Assembly: GCA_934373635.1 (NCBI GenBank)
Contig: CAKROZ010000005.1
Coordinates: forward strand, 20,356 to 84,355
Direction of reading: 5' to 3'
Source of the DNA: an uncultured Eubacteriales bacterium
Lineage (GTDB): Bacteria > Bacillota > Clostridia > Oscillospirales > CAG-272
Length of the DNA: 64,000 nucleotides
The notes below the pieces were generated by a model. That model was not told the DNA's origin. It did no database searches and saw only the letters and a program-made list of their open reading frames with translations. The position numbers and the translations under genes are program-made. Positions 25,466 through 33,919 of the stretch are shown piece after piece (position 1 is the first letter of the stretch; each line of letters starts with the position of its first letter).

Positions 25466-26153
25466 TCTGATACCCCTTTCCCCACACGGTGCGAATGAGC
25501 TTCGGCGAGGAGGGATTTTCCTCAAGCTTACGGCGAAGGTTCAGAATATGGACGGTGACGGTATTGTTCGAGGACGGGAGGGGCATTGCCTCCCAGACCG
25601 CCTCGTACATTTCCGACGCGTCGACGGCGCGACCGCGGTTCTTCGCGAGGTAGATCAGGACATCCATTTCCTTGTCGCGAATATCGACGACCTCTCCCCT
25701 GCGCGTGACCTCCCGCCTGACGGGATCAAGCTCGATGCCGCCCGCGAGGTGAAGAACATTCGGATCCGCGTTATCGCTTTTTGTTCCGTAGCTGTTGTAT
25801 CTGCGGGTCAGGGCTTCCGCCTTGCGCAGAAGCTCGGCGGAGGAAAACGGTTTGACGAGATAATCGTCCCCGCCCTTCGTATAGGCGTTCTCCTTATCGC
25901 GTTCGAGCGATTTTGCGGTGAGGAAAAGCACGGGGAGGGTGGAAAACTTCCGTATCTCCTCCACGGCACGCAGTCCCGACATTTTCGGCATCATGATGTC
26001 CATGATCACGAGGTCAATGCCGCGGTCGGCGCGCACCGTCTCCACGGCGGCGGCGCCGTCGGGCGCCTCGAGCACTTCGTAACCGTTATTTTCAAGCAGC
26101 AGACGAACGACCGTGCGGATGTCCCGCTCGTCGTCGGCGATGAGGATCTTCAT
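25458..26153 (-). CDS. OmpR-family response regulator
   Basis: Trimmed to ATG 26153. MKILIADDERDIR...DLVIMDIMMPKMSG, and a winged-helix C-terminus LIRTVWGKGYQI. Confidence 0.9.
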   Translation of the reverse strand: MKILIADDERDIRTVVRLLLENNGYEVLEAPDGAAAVETVRADRGIDLVIMDIMMPKMSGLRAVEEIRKFSTLPVLFLTAKSLERDKENAYTKGGDDYLVKPFSSAELLRKAEALTRRYNSYGTKSDNADPNVLHLAGGIELDPVRREVTRRGEVVDIRDKEMDVLIYLAKNRGRAVDASEMYEAVWEAMPLPSSNNTVTVHILNLRRKLEENPSSPKLIRTVWGKGYQID

Positions 26154-26216
26154 GCGATCTCTTCCTTTCTCGGGTCTTTTTGTGTTTATGATAGCCCTCC
26201 GCACGCGGCGGAGGCA

Positions 26217-26440
26217 AGAGAGAATTTGAAAATTTTTTGCGAAAATTTATAAGACGGGGGTGTACCCTTCTGCGTCGTCGTGCCGGGGTGGGAGAGTCCG
26301 AAGACTTTCTGCGAAAATTCAGAAGACGGGGTTGCACCCTTCCCCTGCGTCGTCGCGTCAGGATGGAAGAGTCCGAAAACTTTTTTGCGAAAGATCTAAA
26401 AGGCGGGATCGCACCGCTCTTATGCGCCGCAGTGCAGAGC
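26217..26440. repeat. Three tandem imperfect ~74-bp repeats upstream of the two-component operon
   Basis: Units start near 26217, 26291 and 26367. Shared core: GAGTCCGAARACTTTYTGCGAAA..AAGACGGGGTTGCACCCTTC..TGCGTCGTCG. Confidence 0.65.
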
Positions 26441-26496
26441 AAAACGCGTTTTTTCCGCGTCCGCTTGCCTTTTCGGATGTTTTTTAGGGAAACCGG

Positions 26497-27333
26497 TTAT
26501 TTTTTTCTCAATTGCCAAAAGGCAACGGCGCTCGCTGCCGCGACGTTCAGAGAGTCGACGCCGTGGAGCATCGGGATCTTCACGGTGTAATCACATTTCG
26601 CGATGGTATCGTGCGAGAGCCCGTCCCCTTCCGCACCGAGAAGGATGGCGAGACGCGTTTCGGAATTCAATGCGGGATCGTCGAGGGAGACCGAGTTGTC
26701 GGAGAGCGCCATCGCCGCGGTCGTAAAGCCGAGGGCGTGCAGTCGCTCGACCCCCTCACTCGCCCATTCCTCGGGCGTCAGGGAGATATATGTCCACGGC
26801 ACCTGAAGTACGGTGCCCATGCTCACGCGCACCGCGCGACGGCAGAGGGGATCGCAACAGGTGGGAGTCAGAAGAACGGCATCCATCCCGAGTCCCGCCG
26901 CCGAGCGGAAGATGGCGCCGATGTTCGTCGAGTCGACGATGCCCTCAAGCACCGCAATGCGGGTGGCGTCGCGGCAAAGAGTCGCGACATCCAGCGGAGC
27001 GGGACGCCGCATCTCGGCGAGGACGCCGCGCGTCAGATGGAAGCCCGTCATTTTCTCAAGCAGTGTATGCTCCGCCGTATAGACGGGGAGGTCGGGATTG
27101 ACACGCTCCGCGAGAGCAATCACGCGCTCGGCACTCTCGTTGATGAGGCGGCGCTCGGTCAGGAGAGAGACGGGATAGCATCCCGCCTTCACGGCGACCT
27201 CGATGACCGTCGGGCTCTCAGCGATGAAGATCCCACGTTCGGGCTCGAGCCGCCGCCTCTGCTGCGCGCCCGTCAGGCGAACGTAGGCATCAAGCGCGGG
27301 GTCGTGAAAATCCGTGATTTCGATCGTGTTCAA
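26497..27333 (-). CDS. TrmH/SpoU-family RNA 2'-O-methyltransferase
   Basis: IVDSTNIGAIFRSAAGLG, ILLGAEGDGLS and IPMLHGVDSLNVAAASAV motifs. TTG start with a GAGGAG RBS. Confidence 0.85.
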   Translation of the reverse strand: MNTIEITDFHDPALDAYVRLTGAQQRRRLEPERGIFIAESPTVIEVAVKAGCYPVSLLTERRLINESAERVIALAERVNPDLPVYTAEHTLLEKMTGFHLTRGVLAEMRRPAPLDVATLCRDATRIAVLEGIVDSTNIGAIFRSAAGLGMDAVLLTPTCCDPLCRRAVRVSMGTVLQVPWTYISLTPEEWASEGVERLHALGFTTAAMALSDNSVSLDDPALNSETRLAILLGAEGDGLSHDTIAKCDYTVKIPMLHGVDSLNVAAASAVAFWQLRKK

Positions 27334-27348
27334 TGAAAGCTCCTCGAT

Positions 27349-27411
27349 GAGAATTTACTTAACAGTGGTTTTTGATTTTTAAGAATTTACTTATAGTTGT
27401 TTTTGTTTTTT
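27349..27411. repeat. Two tandem 31-bp AT-rich direct repeats
   Basis: GAGAATTTACTTAACAGTGGTTTTTGATTTTT / AAGAATTTACTTATAGTTGTTTTTGTTTTTT. The second copy encodes the last 8 codons and the stop of rsgA. Confidence 0.6.
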
Positions 27412-28328
27412 AAGATCGCGTAAAGTGTGCGGTAGGAGGCGAGTCGGGAGGGCGCGATCTTCCCTTCCTCCGTCGCACGGGCGACGGCGCACTCCGCGGC
27501 GCTTTCCCCGACGTGCGCACAGTCGGCATAGCGGCACTTGCCGCGATAGGCGCGGAATTCGCGGAAGGTGTCGGGCAGATCCTCGAGCGTGAAGAAGTCA
27601 AAGTGCTCGAAGTCGAGGAGCGAAAAGCCCGGGGTATCGGCAAGGAAGCCGACATGCGCCCCCTCCCCGACGGGAAAGAGTTCTACGTGACGGGTGGTAT
27701 GCTTTCCCCTCTCGATCTTCTCGGAGATCGCCGAGGTCGCGAGGGTGAGGGTGGGAAAGAGCGCGTTCATGAGCGTGGACTTTCCGACTCCGGACGCGCC
27801 CGCAAAGGCGGCGGTAACGCCGTCTCTGACATGCGCGTCGATGTAGGCTTTCAAATCGGAAATTCCGTCATTTTGTAAAGAAGAGGTGACAAAAACGTCG
27901 AGTCCGACCTTGCGGTACAGCTCGGCATAGCGTTCTGCCTCTGCTTCTCCGAGGTCGTTTTTCGTAATGACGACGACGGGAGTGATGGCATTGTGCTCCG
28001 CGATCGCGATCAGCTTATCGAGCGTCGCGGTGACGGGTGTCGGCTTCTTTGCCGCAAGGACAATGAAGAGGATATCAAGGTTTGCCATCGGGGGGCGGAT
28101 GAGGGCATTTTTGCGCGGGAGAACCTCGGAGATCACGATGCCGTCGGGGGTGGTATCGTCGATGCGAAGTCTCACATTGTCCCCGACGAGGACGCGCGCG
28201 TCATCTCTGCGGAGGTTGCCCTTCGCGCGGGAGAGAACATGCTCTTCTCCCCGCTCGGCATCATAGGTACGGGTGTCGTAGAGTCCGCCGAGTCCCTTGA
28301 CGACCTTCCCCTCGGGCTCGCGTATCAC
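27387..28328 (-). CDS. rsgA: Ribosome small-subunit-dependent GTPase A
   Basis: VITKNDL (G4), GASGVGKSTLMN (G1), DTPGF (G3), and a C-terminal Zn motif CRYADCAHVGESAAEC. Confidence 0.9.
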   Translation of the reverse strand: MIREPEGKVVKGLGGLYDTRTYDAERGEEHVLSRAKGNLRRDDARVLVGDNVRLRIDDTTPDGIVISEVLPRKNALIRPPMANLDILFIVLAAKKPTPVTATLDKLIAIAEHNAITPVVVITKNDLGEAEAERYAELYRKVGLDVFVTSSLQNDGISDLKAYIDAHVRDGVTAAFAGASGVGKSTLMNALFPTLTLATSAISEKIERGKHTTRHVELFPVGEGAHVGFLADTPGFSLLDFEHFDFFTLEDLPDTFREFRAYRGKCRYADCAHVGESAAECAVARATEEGKIAPSRLASYRTLYAILKNKNNYK

Positions 28329-29629
28329 AGGGCACCTCCTGCGGGCGTCGGAGTCTTCTCTTCCGTACCCGTCGCGGTATGTTCTGTCACGGCGATGTTT
28401 TTCACCTCGGAGCTCTTTGCTCTGCTCTCAACGACGGTGTCTTTTGCTTTGCTTTCTACGGTAGTAACGCTTGTTGTTTTATTCTTTGCGGTAGCAACAT
28501 CTATTGCTTTGTTCTCAGCGACCTCGGAGCGCCCTGCTCCGCACTCCGAAGAGAGAGGATTTCCCGCCTCGGTGCGGTGGGGAACGTTCGCCGTCTTCGC
28601 ACGGGCACGGCGGAGCTGTCCGCAGGCGGCGTTGACATCGCTTCCGAGCCGACGCCTGACCGTAGCGGTCAAGCCCGCATCCTCAAGAAGTGCGGCGAAG
28701 CGGTTCGCCGACTCGACACTGCCCGCTCGCATTCCCGTCTCGGCGACCTCGTTGACGCGGATCAGGTTGACGTGCACGGGGGCGTCGGTGCCGCGGAAGG
28801 CATCGCGCAGAAGGCGAGCGAGTGCGCGGGCATCCGTCTCGCTGTCGTTCTTGCCCGAGATCAGAGTATATTCGAAGGAAATTCTTCGTCCTGTCTTTCC
28901 GTAATAGTAGCGGCAGGCGTCGAGGAGCTCGGCGATCTTCCACTTCCGATTGACGGGCATGATGGCGTCGCGCGCCTCATCGGTCGCGGCGTGAAGAGAG
29001 ATCGACAGGGTGATCGGCAGTTTCTCCTCCGCGAGGGCGCGGATCTTCGGCACGACGCCGCAGGTGGAAAGAGAGATATGCCGATAACCGATATTGAGTC
29101 CGTCCTCGCGGTTCACGAGACGAAGAAATTTCAGTACGTTATCATAATTATCGAGTGGCTCTCCGATGCCCATCATGACGATGTTCGAGACGCGCTCTCC
29201 CATATCCCGCTCGGCGGCGATGACCTGCCCGAGAAGCTCGGAGGGGAGGAGGTCGCGGACTCTTCCGGCAAGGGTGGAGGCGCAGAAGCGACAGCCCATG
29301 CGGCAACCGACCTGACTCGAAATGCAGAGGGTATTCCCGTGGTGATAGCGCATGAATACGCTCTCGATGCACTCTCCGTCATAAAGGCGGAAAAGGTATT
29401 TGACGGTGCCGTCGAGCGCGGAAACGAGCTTTTCCTCCACGCGGGGGAGGGTGTCGACGGTCGTCTCCTTCAATTTCTCCCGAAGGGACTTCGGGAGGTT
29501 TGTCATTTCGTCGAGGGGGACGCCACTTTTCAGAAAGGAGGCGATCTGCGCGGCGCGGAATTTTTTCTCGCCGAGCGAGAGGACGAAGGCGGTCAGCTCT
29601 TCGGTGTTCATGGCATATAAATCGATCAC
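28325..29629 (-). CDS. rlmN: 23S rRNA/tRNA adenine-C2 methyltransferase RlmN (radical SAM) with a ~95-aa C-terminal tail
   Basis: CISSQVGCRMGCRFCAS radical-SAM cluster. MGIGEPL. ACGQLRR marks the canonical end and is followed by a K/T/V-rich repetitive extension. Confidence 0.9.
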   Translation of the reverse strand: MIDLYAMNTEELTAFVLSLGEKKFRAAQIASFLKSGVPLDEMTNLPKSLREKLKETTVDTLPRVEEKLVSALDGTVKYLFRLYDGECIESVFMRYHHGNTLCISSQVGCRMGCRFCASTLAGRVRDLLPSELLGQVIAAERDMGERVSNIVMMGIGEPLDNYDNVLKFLRLVNREDGLNIGYRHISLSTCGVVPKIRALAEEKLPITLSISLHAATDEARDAIMPVNRKWKIAELLDACRYYYGKTGRRISFEYTLISGKNDSETDARALARLLRDAFRGTDAPVHVNLIRVNEVAETGMRAGSVESANRFAALLEDAGLTATVRRRLGSDVNAACGQLRRARAKTANVPHRTEAGNPLSSECGAGRSEVAENKAIDVATAKNKTTSVTTVESKAKDTVVESRAKSSEVKNIAVTEHTATGTEEKTPTPAGGAL

Positions 29630-29766
29630 GGGGTTCTCCTTTCCTTTTTTATACAGTAAATGATCTTCATGAATGGCGATTGTTAAGCCTCTCGGATATG
29701 AGGTGCAGGAATTCTTTGCGTTTGTGATTTTCGCTTTTGATTTTCATAGGTTGCGGAGCGCAAATC

Positions 29767-31089
29767 TCACGAGTCGCGAGAGGCGCGGGTCTTTTGAAAT
29801 TTCGCGATGAAAAAGCCGTCGGTTCCGCTCCTTGGCGGGAAGGCGGTATAGCGTCCCTCGCACTTCTCGCCGAAGGCGTCGAAGGGGACGGGAGAAAACT
29901 CGGGGTGTGAGAAAAGAAAGGCATCCGCGACCTCCTCGTTCTCTTCCCTACGGAGGGTGCAGGTGGAATAGACGAGAATCCCTCCATCCTTCAGATAGGC
30001 GGAGGAGGCGGAGAGAATCTCCTTTTGCAGGGCGGGAAGGGCGTCTATGCCCTCTTCGCTTTTATAGCGCAGATCTGCCTTTTTGGCAAGGACGCCGAGA
30101 CCCGAACAGGGGAGGTCACAAAGGACGCGATCCGCCGTTCCGAGAAGGGCGGGGTCGGGGGTTCTGCCGTCGCGCGCTTCGGCACGGACGATCGAGAGTC
30201 CGAGGCGGCGCGCGCCTTCCCGAATCAGGGAAAGCTTATTTTCGTGAAGGTCGAAAGCATAGACCTCTCCGCGGTTCCCCATCCGCTCGGCGGCGGTGAA
30301 GCTCTTTCCTCCCGGGGCGGCGGCAACGTCAATGACGCGCTCTCCCGCCTGCGGGTCGAGGACGCGGACGGCAAGGGCACTCGACGCGTCCTGCACGTGA
30401 AATTCTCCCTCGGCAAAGCCGGGAAGAGCGCGCGGCGAAAAGCTGTCGGAAAGGCGGACGGTGTACTCAAGCAGGGGTGTCCCGTGAATGCCGCGCGCCC
30501 CGAGTGCTTCGAGATAAGCATCGCGGGAGATCTTGCACGGGTTGACCGTCACGTCGTAGCCGCGGCGTTCCCCGAAAAATGAAAGAAGGGCTTCGGTGTT
30601 CTCGGAGCCATAGATATGCAAATAATTCTTTACGATCCAAAGAGAAACGGAATAGCGGATCGAAAGATAGCGTGCTAAATTTTTGCTTTTCTCGGGGAGA
30701 GGAAGTGCGTCGGCATCTCTTCTTCGCGCCGCTTCCCGTAGGATGGCGTTGACGAAGGAGGCTTCCCCTTTTCCCTTCGCGAGGCTGACCGTCCCGTCGA
30801 CGACCGCATAATCGGGAGTGCCGTCAAGATACAGAAGCTCGGCGAGCCCCACGCGCAAAAGGCGGAGGGTATGCGGGCGAAGGGACGCGGCGCTTCGCTT
30901 CGCGAGGGCGGTGACGATATAATCGAGCGTCAGAAGATGCTCGGTCACCGTATAAAAAAGCGCGGTCACGCGGGCACTCTCCTCGGGTGACAGGGAATCC
31001 GTGCGATGCGAAGAGAGCGCGAGGTTCGCGTATTTTCCCTGCTCCTCCCATTCGGTGAGCAGGGTGAGAGTCAGCTCGCGGCAGGTCAT
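29767..31089 (-). CDS. rsmB: 16S rRNA (cytosine967-C5)-methyltransferase
   Basis: NusB-like N-terminus. DVAAAPGGKS, DLPCSGLGV and YSTCTL motifs. Confidence 0.9.
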   Translation of the reverse strand: MTCRELTLTLLTEWEEQGKYANLALSSHRTDSLSPEESARVTALFYTVTEHLLTLDYIVTALAKRSAASLRPHTLRLLRVGLAELLYLDGTPDYAVVDGTVSLAKGKGEASFVNAILREAARRRDADALPLPEKSKNLARYLSIRYSVSLWIVKNYLHIYGSENTEALLSFFGERRGYDVTVNPCKISRDAYLEALGARGIHGTPLLEYTVRLSDSFSPRALPGFAEGEFHVQDASSALAVRVLDPQAGERVIDVAAAPGGKSFTAAERMGNRGEVYAFDLHENKLSLIREGARRLGLSIVRAEARDGRTPDPALLGTADRVLCDLPCSGLGVLAKKADLRYKSEEGIDALPALQKEILSASSAYLKDGGILVYSTCTLRREENEEVADAFLFSHPEFSPVPFDAFGEKCEGRYTAFPPRSGTDGFFIAKFQKTRASRDS

Positions 31090-31805
31090 CTGCGGTTGTT
31101 GCGGTTCCCCGCGAACATGGCGATCAGACGGAGAAGCTGCAAAAGAGAGACGGCGAGGGCGGCGACATAAGTCAGCGCGGCGGCGGAGAGAACCTTTCTC
31201 GCGCCCGCAAGCTCCGCGGTGGAATACTCTCCCGTCTCGCGAAGGCGAACCAAGGCGCGGTGGGAGGCATCAAACTCACAGGGGAGCGTGACCAGCTGAA
31301 AGAGGGTGGTCACGGCAAAAAGCGCGATTCCCGCGAAGAGGATATACATCCCGAACTCTCCGACAAGTCCCGCAAAAGCGGTGAGAAGCGCGCCGATCAG
31401 GATGAAGATCCACGCGGCGCGGGAGGCGAAACTCGTGACGGGCACAAGCTTTCCGCGGATGACGATCGGAACGTAGCCCTCGGCGTGCTGAATGGCGTGC
31501 CCGACCTCGTGGGCGGCGACGCCGACAGCGGCGGCAGAACCGTTGTCAAAGGTGCTGTCCGAGAGACGAAGGGTATTCGACCTCGGGTCATAGTGGTCGG
31601 TCAGGGAGCCGCCGACGCGCTCGATGCGCACCGACGAAAGTCCCGCGCCGTCGAGAAGCTCACGCGCGACGGCGGCGGCGCTCTTCCCCGCGCCCGCGGG
31701 GACGGAGGAGTATCTGCGGTAGGTCAGGCTCACTTTGATCTGAGCATAGAGAGAAATCAAAACGGCAACACAAAGAAGCAGATAAAGAATCCAGTCGATC
31801 GGCAT
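31086..31805 (-). CDS. Membrane zinc metallopeptidase (YugP-like)
   Basis: YAQIKVSLTYRRYS, LTDHYDP and AAHEVGHAIQH motifs, with C-terminal TM helices. Confidence 0.8.
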   Translation of the reverse strand: MPIDWILYLLLCVAVLISLYAQIKVSLTYRRYSSVPAGAGKSAAAVARELLDGAGLSSVRIERVGGSLTDHYDPRSNTLRLSDSTFDNGSAAAVGVAAHEVGHAIQHAEGYVPIVIRGKLVPVTSFASRAAWIFILIGALLTAFAGLVGEFGMYILFAGIALFAVTTLFQLVTLPCEFDASHRALVRLRETGEYSTAELAGARKVLSAAALTYVAALAVSLLQLLRLIAMFAGNRNNRR

Positions 31806-32737
31806 TACGAAAGTACCTCACCTTTCTCAATTTTTCTGCCGCGGACGAAATCCCCGGCACTCATTTTTCCCTTCCCTTCGGGGATGAGGGAGTATATCTT
31901 TACGGCACCCTGCCCGCAGGCGACGGTCACGCTCCCCGCGCCGACGCCGTCGGTCGCAATCACTTCTCCGGGAGCACCCGTCCCTTCGGTCGGGGCGGCA
32001 AAGAGCAATTTTAAGAGCTTCCCCCGATGGTGACAGAACGCGGTCGGAATCGGGGAGAGCGCGCGGATCTTGTCGGCGACCTGCTTTGCGGGCGCCGTGA
32101 AGTCGACGGCACATTCTTCCTTCTCGATCTTCGCGGCGTAGGAGGCGCCCTCGGTCGGCTGTTTTACCCGATGTGCCCGTCCTGCTTCCATGTCGCGGAG
32201 CGTCTTCGAGAGGAGGGCGGCGCCGACTTCGGCGGAGCGGTCGTGGATCGTGCCGAAGGTGTCCTCGGGCGAGATGGCAAAGCGCTCGACGGCGAGAATG
32301 TCGCCCGTGTCGACGCCCTCGTCCATCTGCATGACGGTGACGCCCGTCTCGGTCTCTCCCGCCATGATGGCGCGCTGCATCGGGGCGGCGCCGCGATACT
32401 TCGGCAACAGGGAAACATGGAGGTTAATACACCCGTATTTCGGGAACGCGAGGACGTCGGGGGGCAGGATCTTGCCGTACGCGACAACAACGATCACGTC
32501 GGGAGAAAGTGCGACGAGCGGTTGTGCAAAAGCGCCGCCGCGCAGGGTCTTCGGTTGATAGACGGGGATCCCGTTCTCCTCTGCCACGCGCTTGACGGGA
32601 GAGGGAGTCATGACGTTTCCTCTGCCGCGGGGTTTGTCCTCTCCCGTCGCGACACCTACGACGGAAAAGCCGTCGTCAAGGAGCCTTGACAGGCAGGCGG
32701 CGGAAATATCGGGGGTTCCCATAAACAGAATGTTCAT
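31805..32737 (-). CDS. fmt: Methionyl-tRNA formyltransferase
   Basis: Trimmed to ATG 32737. MNILFMGTPD, CINLHVSLLPKYRGAAPMQ and MDEGVDTGDIL motifs. Confidence 0.92.
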   Translation of the reverse strand: MNILFMGTPDISAACLSRLLDDGFSVVGVATGEDKPRGRGNVMTPSPVKRVAEENGIPVYQPKTLRGGAFAQPLVALSPDVIVVVAYGKILPPDVLAFPKYGCINLHVSLLPKYRGAAPMQRAIMAGETETGVTVMQMDEGVDTGDILAVERFAISPEDTFGTIHDRSAEVGAALLSKTLRDMEAGRAHRVKQPTEGASYAAKIEKEECAVDFTAPAKQVADKIRALSPIPTAFCHHRGKLLKLLFAAPTEGTGAPGEVIATDGVGAGSVTVACGQGAVKIYSLIPEGKGKMSAGDFVRGRKIEKGEVLS

Positions 32738-32803
32738 AAAAAATCCTTTCCGCAAGTACGAATTTGAAATCGGTTGTTCACAATTCTCCGTTTGCCACTT
32801 TGT

Positions 32804-32939
32804 GAATCGTTGGGGGAAGAAAACAAAAGCAAAAGATGAACGGTTTTTCGCTGATTCTCGGGTGAAAAAACAAAAGGGAAAAAGAACAGCTTCGTCAATT
32901 GTTAGGGGGAAGAAAAACAAAAGCCAAAAAAGAACAGCG
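32804..32939 (-). repeat. Intergenic repeat family C (two full copies and one partial copy)
   Basis: AATCGTTGGGGGAAGAAAACAAAAGCAAAAGATGAAC-type units at 32804-32843, ~32863-32890 and 32896-32939. A reverse-complement copy lies at 42131-42174. Confidence 0.6.
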
Positions 32940-32948
32940 CAAGAAATA

Positions 32949-32986
32949 AGAATCATTCATCATTCATCATTCTTAATTCTTAATTC
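32949..32986 (-). repeat. AT-rich heptamer array (GAATTAT)n, site 1
   Basis: The minus strand reads GAATTAA GAATTAA GAATGAT GAATGAT GAATGAT. It starts 4 nt after the def stop. Confidence 0.8.
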
Positions 32987-32989
32987 GCC

Positions 32990-33448
32990 TTATTCTTCGT
33001 CCGCCGAGCGGATCTCGACGTCGGTAAAGAGCTTCCCGTCGAGGTGGTCGCACTCGTGGCAGATGGCACGGGCGAGAAGGTCGGAGCCCGTCAGGTCATA
33101 GCTCTTCCCTTCCCTGTCGGTCGCGCGGACGGTGACGGTGCGGGGGCGGGAGGTGACGCCGTAGTGCCCCGGGATGGAGAGGCATCCTTCCGCCTCCTCC
33201 TGATGTCCCGAATAGGCGATGATTTTCGGGTTAATCATTTCATAGACTTTGCCGTTCTCGACCTCAATGACGACGACGCGGCGCAGAACGCCGACCTGCA
33301 CGGCGGCGAGCCCGCAACCGTTTGCCTGCCGCATGGTTTCGGTCATGTCGTCGAGAAGCTGAAGAATACGCGGGGTGATCGCCTCGACGGGGCGGGAGAC
33401 CTTTCGCAGCATGGGGTCGCCGTATTTTACGATTTTCAGAGTTGCCAT
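32990..33448 (-). CDS. def: Peptide deformylase
   Basis: GCGLAAVQVG, EGCLSIPG and HECDHLDG motifs. Confidence 0.95.
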   Translation of the reverse strand: MATLKIVKYGDPMLRKVSRPVEAITPRILQLLDDMTETMRQANGCGLAAVQVGVLRRVVVIEVENGKVYEMINPKIIAYSGHQEEAEGCLSIPGHYGVTSRPRTVTVRATDREGKSYDLTGSDLLARAICHECDHLDGKLFTDVEIRSADEE

Positions 33449-33519
33449 AATGGCTCCTTTCTTGTTCTCCGTGCGGGAGGGCGGATGTGATGGTGCCTTT
33501 GACCTTGCGGGGGCGGGAA

Positions 33520-33586
33520 GAATTCGGAATTCAGAATTATGATCAGAATTATGAATTAAGAATTATGAATTAAGAATTATGAATTG
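33520..33586 (+). repeat. AT-rich heptamer array (GAATTAT)n, site 2 (~10 units)
   Basis: GAATTCG GAATTCA GAATTAT GATCA GAATTAT GAATTAA GAATTAT GAATTAA GAATTAT GAATTG. Confidence 0.85.
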
Positions 33587-33598
33587 AAAATGTCGAGA

Positions 33599-33919
33599 GG
33601 TGGGTCGATGGCGCGGGGGGCTTTGATCTCGAGGATGGTTTCGGAGATGTGCTTTTTCGGAACGTGGTGGGTTGATGGCGCGGAGGGTGGTCTCGAGGAT
33701 GGTCGCGAAGATGTTTTTAGGTCGCGAGGGGGCGAGGCGATAGCGCGGGGGGTGGTCTCGAGGATGGTCGCGAAGATGTTTTTAGGTCGCGAGGGGACGG
33801 GTCGATGGCGCGGAGGGTGGTCTCGAGGATGGTTTCGGAGATGTGCTTTTTCGGAACGTGGTGGGTTGATGGCGCGAAGTGTTTGGTCGCGGGAACGGTC
33901 TCGGGATGTATTTTGTCAG
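33599..33919. repeat. Tandem array of ~65-bp units (4 full copies and 1 degenerate copy) between priA and def
   Basis: Units start at 33599, 33666, 33731, 33795 and 33860. There are two subtypes in the order a-b-b-a-partial. All begin GGTGGGTCGATGGCGCGG... and no unique spacers separate them. Confidence 0.8.

Noticed and set aside
26237-26590. 117-aa ORF over the 74-bp triple repeat
   Set aside because: The protein-level repeats mirror the DNA repeat. There is no RBS, and the ORF runs into the antisense strand of the trmH-like gene.
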